Shown here piece after piece: positions 59,045 to 64,000 of a DNA stretch of 64,000 bases. Within the stretch, counting starts at the first letter, position 1, and each line of letters starts with the position of its first letter. Position numbers and translations under genes: made by a program. The notes below the pieces were generated by a model. That model was not told the origin of the DNA. It ran no database searches and saw only the letters and a program-made list of their open reading frames with translations. Source of the stretch: Ferruginibacter sp. (GTDB lineage Bacteria; Bacteroidota; Bacteroidia; Chitinophagales; Chitinophagaceae); NCBI GenBank assembly GCA_043751875.1, contig JAYUZL010000234.1:195-64194 (forward strand), written 5' to 3'.

Positions 59045-59721
59045 TGAATGGGTTGCTTTACTAGATTTAAAGCAATCTTTAATTGCTGTAACATGTCAAT
59101 ATTTGTGTTATCCAAAACAATGGCATCTTCGGCTTTTTTTAAAGGGCTAACTTCTCTGTGAGAATCTATATAGTCCCGCATTTCAAGGTTATGCTTTACA
59201 TCTTCTAACACAATATTTGGGTTTTTCTCAAACATTTCTTTAAACCTCCGTTCGACCCTTGTTGCAATATCTGCAGTCATAAAAATTTTCAGTTCGGCTT
59301 CGGGGAAAACGGTTGTACCAATATCTCTTCCATCCATTACAATTGCTTTATTTGTGCCCATTTTTTGCTGTTGCGCAACTGCGAAAGTTCGCACAGATGC
59401 AATCGCAGCAATATCACTAACCTTATCTGCAATAATAAGATCCCGTATTAAGTATTCAACGTTTTCGTCGTTTAAATATATTTCTGATTCGCCTGATTTT
59501 ATGTTTGATTCAAAATGTAAATGGATTTCGTTCAAAGCATTTTTTACTTCCATATCATCTGTCCAGTCGATATGGTTTCTCAAAAAATAAAGTGTAATGG
59601 CTCTGTACATGGCACCACTGTCAATATAAGTGAAATCCAGCTCTTTTGCCAGTTGTTTGGCAAGTGTACTTTTTCCGCAGGATGACCAACCGTCTATAGT
59701 AATAATTATACTTTTTGCCAT
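59041..59721 (-). CDS. cmk: Cytidylate kinase
   Basis: IDG.SSCGKST, DSGAMYR, MDGRDIGT, RD..D..R.VSPL. Confidence 0.95.
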   Translation of the reverse strand: MAKSIIITIDGWSSCGKSTLAKQLAKELDFTYIDSGAMYRAITLYFLRNHIDWTDDMEVKNALNEIHLHFESNIKSGESEIYLNDENVEYLIRDLIIADKVSDIAAIASVRTFAVAQQQKMGTNKAIVMDGRDIGTTVFPEAELKIFMTADIATRVERRFKEMFEKNPNIVLEDVKHNLEMRDYIDSHREVSPLKKAEDAIVLDNTNIDMLQQLKIALNLVKQPIH

Positions 59722-59787
59722 ATTGCAAAAGTGAAGGAATTTTAATGGTTTGCAAAAAGAAATTAATTTGTAAAATCCCAGGCAATT

Positions 59788-59815
59788 AAAAAACCCCATT
59801 CAAAATGAATGGGGT
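59788..59815 (-). terminator. Terminator after clpC
   Basis: ACCCCATTCA / TGAATGGGGT with a minus-strand U tract. Confidence 0.75.
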
Positions 59816-59836
59816 GATTATTAATTAAAAGCATAA

Positions 59837-62383
59837 TTAAACTTCACTTTTCTTCTCTTTTTTTCTTGGCTCTTCTTTATCCTTTTTTTTAAATATTACT
59901 TTCTGGTTTTCCACATCCAACTCTGCCACTAATATATCTCCCGCTTTTATATTCATATTCAAAATTTCTTCTGCTAGAGGATCTTCTAAATATTTTTGTA
60001 TGGCCCTGTGTAACGGTCTTGCACCAAACTGGCTGTCGTAACCTTTATCAGCCACAAATACTTTTGCTTCGGGTGTAAGCTCCATACTAAAACCAAGATT
60101 ATTTAAACGCTTCATTACACCTTTCATCAAAATGTCTATTATCTCGAAAATATCGTCTTTGCTGAGTGAATTAAATATCACCACATCATCAATCCTGTTT
60201 AAAAACTCCGGACTAAAAGTACGTTTTAATGCTTTTTCAATTACTGCCTTGTTATTTTCATCAGAATTTTCCACTCTGTTAGCCGTAGCAAAACCAACAC
60301 CTTCACCAAAATCTTTCAACTGGCGTGCACCAATATTAGAAGTCATAATGATCATAGTATTTTTAAAATCTACTTTCCTTCCAAGACCATCTGTAAGCAT
60401 ACCATCATCTAAAACCTGGAGCAAAATATTATAAATATCAGGGTGTGCTTTTTCTATTTCATCGAGCAAAATAACGCTGTAGGGCTTGCGGCGTACCCGT
60501 TCTGTAAGCTGACCACCCTCTTCGTAACCTACATAACCCGGAGGTGCTCCTATTAAACGACTAACTGTAAACTTCTCCATGTATTCACTCATATCAATTC
60601 GGATAAGAGCATCTTCACTGTCAAACATTTGTCTGGCAAGTGTACGGGCAAGTTCTGTTTTACCAACACCTGTTGGACCAAGAAATATAAAAGTACCTAT
60701 TGGTTTCTTTGGGTCCTTTAACCCAACCCTATTACGCTGTATTGCTTTTACCACTTTGCTAATGGCATCCGCCTGCCCCACAACTGCACCTTTTAAATCA
60801 TCACCCATGTGGCGAAGTTTTTCCGTTTCTGCCTGTACCATTCGCTTTACAGGTATCCCTGTCATCATGTGTACTACCTCTGCAATATCTTCCTCTTCTA
60901 TCGGGAAACGCTTGTTCTTACTTTCTTCTTCCCAATCATTTTTTGCTTTTTCCAATTCATCCTGAAGCCTCTTTTCTGTATCTCTTAAAGATGCAGCCTC
61001 TTCAAACTTCTGACTTTTTACAACTCTATTTTTTTCCAGTTTTATATCTTCTATTTTACCCTCCAGTTCAATAATATTTTCCGGAACATTTATATTTTTT
61101 ATATGCTTTCTTGCACCAACTTCATCCAATACATCAATCGCTTTATCCGGCAACAAACGATCTGTCATATAACGATCACTCAGTTTTACACAGGCTTCAA
61201 TAGCTTTCTGGCTGTAGGTTACATTATGGTAATCTTCATACTTACTTTTTATGTTTGTAAGTATTTCAATGGCTTCATCTACGCTTGGCTGTTCCACCAA
61301 TACCTTTTGAAAACGACGGTCCAATGCTCCATCTTTTTCAATATGCTGGCGGTATTCATCCAACGTAGTTGCACCAATACATTGCAGCTCTCCACGGGCG
61401 AGTGCAGGTTTAAAAATATTACTTGCATCTAAACTTCCGCTTGCGCCGCCTGCTCCTACAATTGTATGTATTTCATCAATAAATAAAATTACGTCCTTGT
61501 TTTTTTCAAGCTCATTCATAATGGCTTTCATACGCTCTTCAAACTGACCACGGTATTTTGTACCGGCTACCAAAGCAGCAAGGTCAAGACTGACAACTCT
61601 TTTATCAAACAAAATCCTGCTTACTTTTCTTTGCACAATACGCAGTGCTAAACCTTCAACAATGGCAGTTTTACCTACACCAGGTTCACCAATTAAAATG
61701 GGGTTGTTTTTCTTTCTGCGTGAAAGTATTTGTGATACTCTTTCAATTTCATTTTCACGACCAACTATAGGGTCAAGAGATCCGCTTTCTGCAAGCCGTG
61801 TTATATCTCTTCCAAAATTATCGAGAACCGGCGTTTTTGTTTTAGGCAAATTTGCGGTACCGGGTTTAGCAGGTTTTTGTGCACCAAACTTTTTACTGTC
61901 ATCATCAAAATCATCTTCCTCATTAAATTCGGCACGTGGCAAATCGCTTGCTACAAAACCAAGTTCAGTTTTAAAAATATCATAATCCACATCAAACTGA
62001 TTTAAAATTTGTGTTGCAATATTTTCTTTATTTTTTAAAATAGACAACATTAAATGCTCACTTTCTACATTGGCACTTTTTACAGCTTTAGCTTCTAAAA
62101 CTGTAATCCGTATAACTTTTTCTGCCTGCTTTGTCAGGGGCAAAGAATTTATGTTGGCAATGTTTTTACCTGTCTTATCTTTTACAGCAAGCTCAATTTC
62201 CTTGCGCACTTCGTACACATCTACATTGAGTGTTTTTAGTATTTTGACAGCGGTATTTTCGCCATCCCTTATAAGTCCTAAAACCAAGTGTTCTGTACCT
62301 ATAAAATCGTTTCCCAGTCTTAATGCCTCTTCTCTGCTGTAAGAAATGATTTCTTTTACCTGTGTGCTAAAATTATTATCCAT
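59837..62383 (-). CDS. clpC: ATP-dependent Clp protease ATP-binding subunit ClpC
   Basis: Clp-N repeats, GEPGVGKT and GPTGVGKT Walker A motifs, UVR segment (QKFEEAASLRD), GAPPGYVG, GARPL. Confidence 0.95.
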   Translation of the reverse strand: MDNNFSTQVKEIISYSREEALRLGNDFIGTEHLVLGLIRDGENTAVKILKTLNVDVYEVRKEIELAVKDKTGKNIANINSLPLTKQAEKVIRITVLEAKAVKSANVESEHLMLSILKNKENIATQILNQFDVDYDIFKTELGFVASDLPRAEFNEEDDFDDDSKKFGAQKPAKPGTANLPKTKTPVLDNFGRDITRLAESGSLDPIVGRENEIERVSQILSRRKKNNPILIGEPGVGKTAIVEGLALRIVQRKVSRILFDKRVVSLDLAALVAGTKYRGQFEERMKAIMNELEKNKDVILFIDEIHTIVGAGGASGSLDASNIFKPALARGELQCIGATTLDEYRQHIEKDGALDRRFQKVLVEQPSVDEAIEILTNIKSKYEDYHNVTYSQKAIEACVKLSDRYMTDRLLPDKAIDVLDEVGARKHIKNINVPENIIELEGKIEDIKLEKNRVVKSQKFEEAASLRDTEKRLQDELEKAKNDWEEESKNKRFPIEEEDIAEVVHMMTGIPVKRMVQAETEKLRHMGDDLKGAVVGQADAISKVVKAIQRNRVGLKDPKKPIGTFIFLGPTGVGKTELARTLARQMFDSEDALIRIDMSEYMEKFTVSRLIGAPPGYVGYEEGGQLTERVRRKPYSVILLDEIEKAHPDIYNILLQVLDDGMLTDGLGRKVDFKNTMIIMTSNIGARQLKDFGEGVGFATANRVENSDENNKAVIEKALKRTFSPEFLNRIDDVVIFNSLSKDDIFEIIDILMKGVMKRLNNLGFSMELTPEAKVFVADKGYDSQFGARPLHRAIQKYLEDPLAEEILNMNIKAGDILVAELDVENQKVIFKKKDKEEPRKKEKKSEV

Positions 62384-62551
62384 GCTTTTATATTTTTACT
62401 GTACAATGTTAACGAAAAAAAGAAGCGCTTAAGTGCTAAAGAAATCAAAAATGTTGATATGTGTACAATATAACTATTGCTAATTACGGAAAGAAAACAA
62501 ACACATATTTATAGATCTTATTATTATATCTTAGATCATTAATCGCAGATC

Positions 62552-62938
62552 ATGAAACTCAAATTAGATACCAAAGAAAAATTCAATGTTTTAACGCCCG
62601 AAGAGTCTAATATTTCTGCTAATATGACAGAAGATATTGAAAAAATAGGTGGATATGCCAGTTTGAAAATCCCACATGTCGTTCTAAACATGAAAATGGT
62701 AAAGGAAATTGCAGATGAGGCTGCAGAAAAATTTTCATCAGTCCAACAGCAGTTTTACGAAAAAAATAAATCGATGGTAATTTGTGAATTACAACCATCG
62801 GTAGAAGCTGTTTTTGAAAAACTTGATCTTACAGATTTAATGAATATTACACCCACAGAAAGCGAGGCATGGGATATTGTGCAAATGGAAGAAATAGAAA
62901 GGGAATTATTAAGCGGTTTTGAAGAAGAAGATAATTAA
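62552..62938 (+). CDS. STAS-domain (anti-sigma-factor antagonist-like) protein
   Basis: K.DTKEKF start, L.ITPTESEA.DIVQMEEIER end; lies between clpC and rnz. Confidence 0.75.
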   Translation: MKLKLDTKEKFNVLTPEESNISANMTEDIEKIGGYASLKIPHVVLNMKMVKEIADEAAEKFSSVQQQFYEKNKSMVICELQPSVEAVFEKLDLTDLMNITPTESEAWDIVQMEEIERELLSGFEEEDN

Positions 62939-63006
62939 TTGGGAAAGAAAGCAGCCTTTTTAATTAAAAGGCAGTCTTGGAATAAAATGTTTTATAAATT
63001 TTTAAT

Positions 63007-63909
63007 TTGCTTGCACTTACAATTTTAGGAAATAATTCAGCAATACCTGCACATGGGAGAAATCCAACTGCGCAGGTGTTACAAACAAACGATGAAAATT
63101 ATTTAATTGATTGTGGCGAAGGCACCCAAAACCAACTTACCAAATACAAAATAAAGCGGAGTAAATTAAATAAAATATTTATTTCGCACTTACATGGCGA
63201 TCACTATTTTGGGTTGATTGGGTTACTTACAAGCATGGGTTTACTGGGTCGTACAAATGAGTTGCATGTATATGCTCCGGCATTGCTTCAACAAATTATT
63301 CAACTACATCTTGACGCTGCAAATACCATTTTACCTTACCCGCTATATTTTCATGTTTTAAAAGAAGAAGGTGAAATTGCTAATGATAAAAAAATAACCG
63401 TTTCAACTTTTAAAGTAAGTCACCGCATTGATTGTTTTGGTTTTTTATTTAAGGAAAAGAAAAATCCGAGAAGCATACTTCCTGATAAAGTAAAAATGTA
63501 TGAAATACCCGAGGCTTTTTATGGTGAGCTACAAAAGGGGAGAGATTACAGCACAAAAAAAGGGACAATCATTGCTAATGAAGACGTAACCGAACCGGCA
63601 ACTGCTGCACGTATCTATGCATATTGTGCAGATACAATTTACGATGAAAGCATAGCTGAAAAAATTAAAGGAGCAGATCTTGTTTACCATGAAACAACTT
63701 ATTTAAAAGATCTTGAAGAACGTGCTGCTGCGAGGTATCACTGCACTACAACACAGGCAGGAAATATTGCAAAACTTGCAGGTGCAAAAAAGTTATTGAT
63801 TGGGCATTTCTCCTCAAAATATGAGGAATTAGATGAATTTTTACTTGAGACTAAAGAGGTATTTGAAAATACGGAGATCGCTCATGAAGGAGCATGTTTT
63901 AGAATTTAA
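63007..63909 (+). CDS. rnz: Ribonuclease Z
   Basis: LIDCGEG, ISHLHGDH, ADT, HETT, GHFSSKY. Confidence 0.95.
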   Translation: MLALTILGNNSAIPAHGRNPTAQVLQTNDENYLIDCGEGTQNQLTKYKIKRSKLNKIFISHLHGDHYFGLIGLLTSMGLLGRTNELHVYAPALLQQIIQLHLDAANTILPYPLYFHVLKEEGEIANDKKITVSTFKVSHRIDCFGFLFKEKKNPRSILPDKVKMYEIPEAFYGELQKGRDYSTKKGTIIANEDVTEPATAARIYAYCADTIYDESIAEKIKGADLVYHETTYLKDLEERAAARYHCTTTQAGNIAKLAGAKKLLIGHFSSKYEELDEFLLETKEVFENTEIAHEGACFRI

Positions 63910-64000
63910 TCATTATTACGAATAATGTAGTTATTACCATCTGCCAATAACCAATTGTAAGCTTCTTTAAAAATACTCGAAGTTTCAAGGCTACCAAAAT
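63906..64000 (-). CDS. 3' end of an unidentified gene entering from beyond the window
   Basis: Open frame ...FGSLETSSIFKEAYNWLLADGNNYIIRNND* overlapping the rnz stop. Confidence 0.4.
   Translation of the reverse strand, partial: FGSLETSSIFKEAYNWLLADGNNYIIRNND

Overview
AT-rich chromosomal segment of a Bacteroidota bacterium, probably Chitinophagaceae-like. This is inferred from TAnnTTTG promoter boxes, signal peptides followed by Gln, and the gene content. Housekeeping genes (yggS, purE, an E2 acyltransferase, trmH, der, era, tRNA-fMet, ddl, ferredoxin, ispH, cmk, clpC, rnz) are mixed with an RND efflux operon, secreted peptidases and amidases, a TPP-riboswitch-controlled TonB receptor, a decayed IS256 and many pseudogenes. 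The most interesting locus is a tightly packed minus-strand operon at about 23.5-32.4 kb. It encodes an SdiA-regulated-like propeller (pseudogene), a 1219-aa secreted metallophosphoesterase/atypical-kinase-like/Omp85-barrel fusion, an HD phosphohydrolase fused to a Pycsar-type membrane effector domain, polyphosphate kinase 1, and a membrane class III nucleotide cyclase with non-canonical base-specifying residues. It is a candidate phosphate/cyclic-nucleotide signalling or defence module. An 8.5-kb accessory block (11.8-20.4 kb) is bracketed by two copies of the same 45-bp hairpin. No rRNA or CRISPR array was seen. All calls come from motif recognition; no database searches were run.
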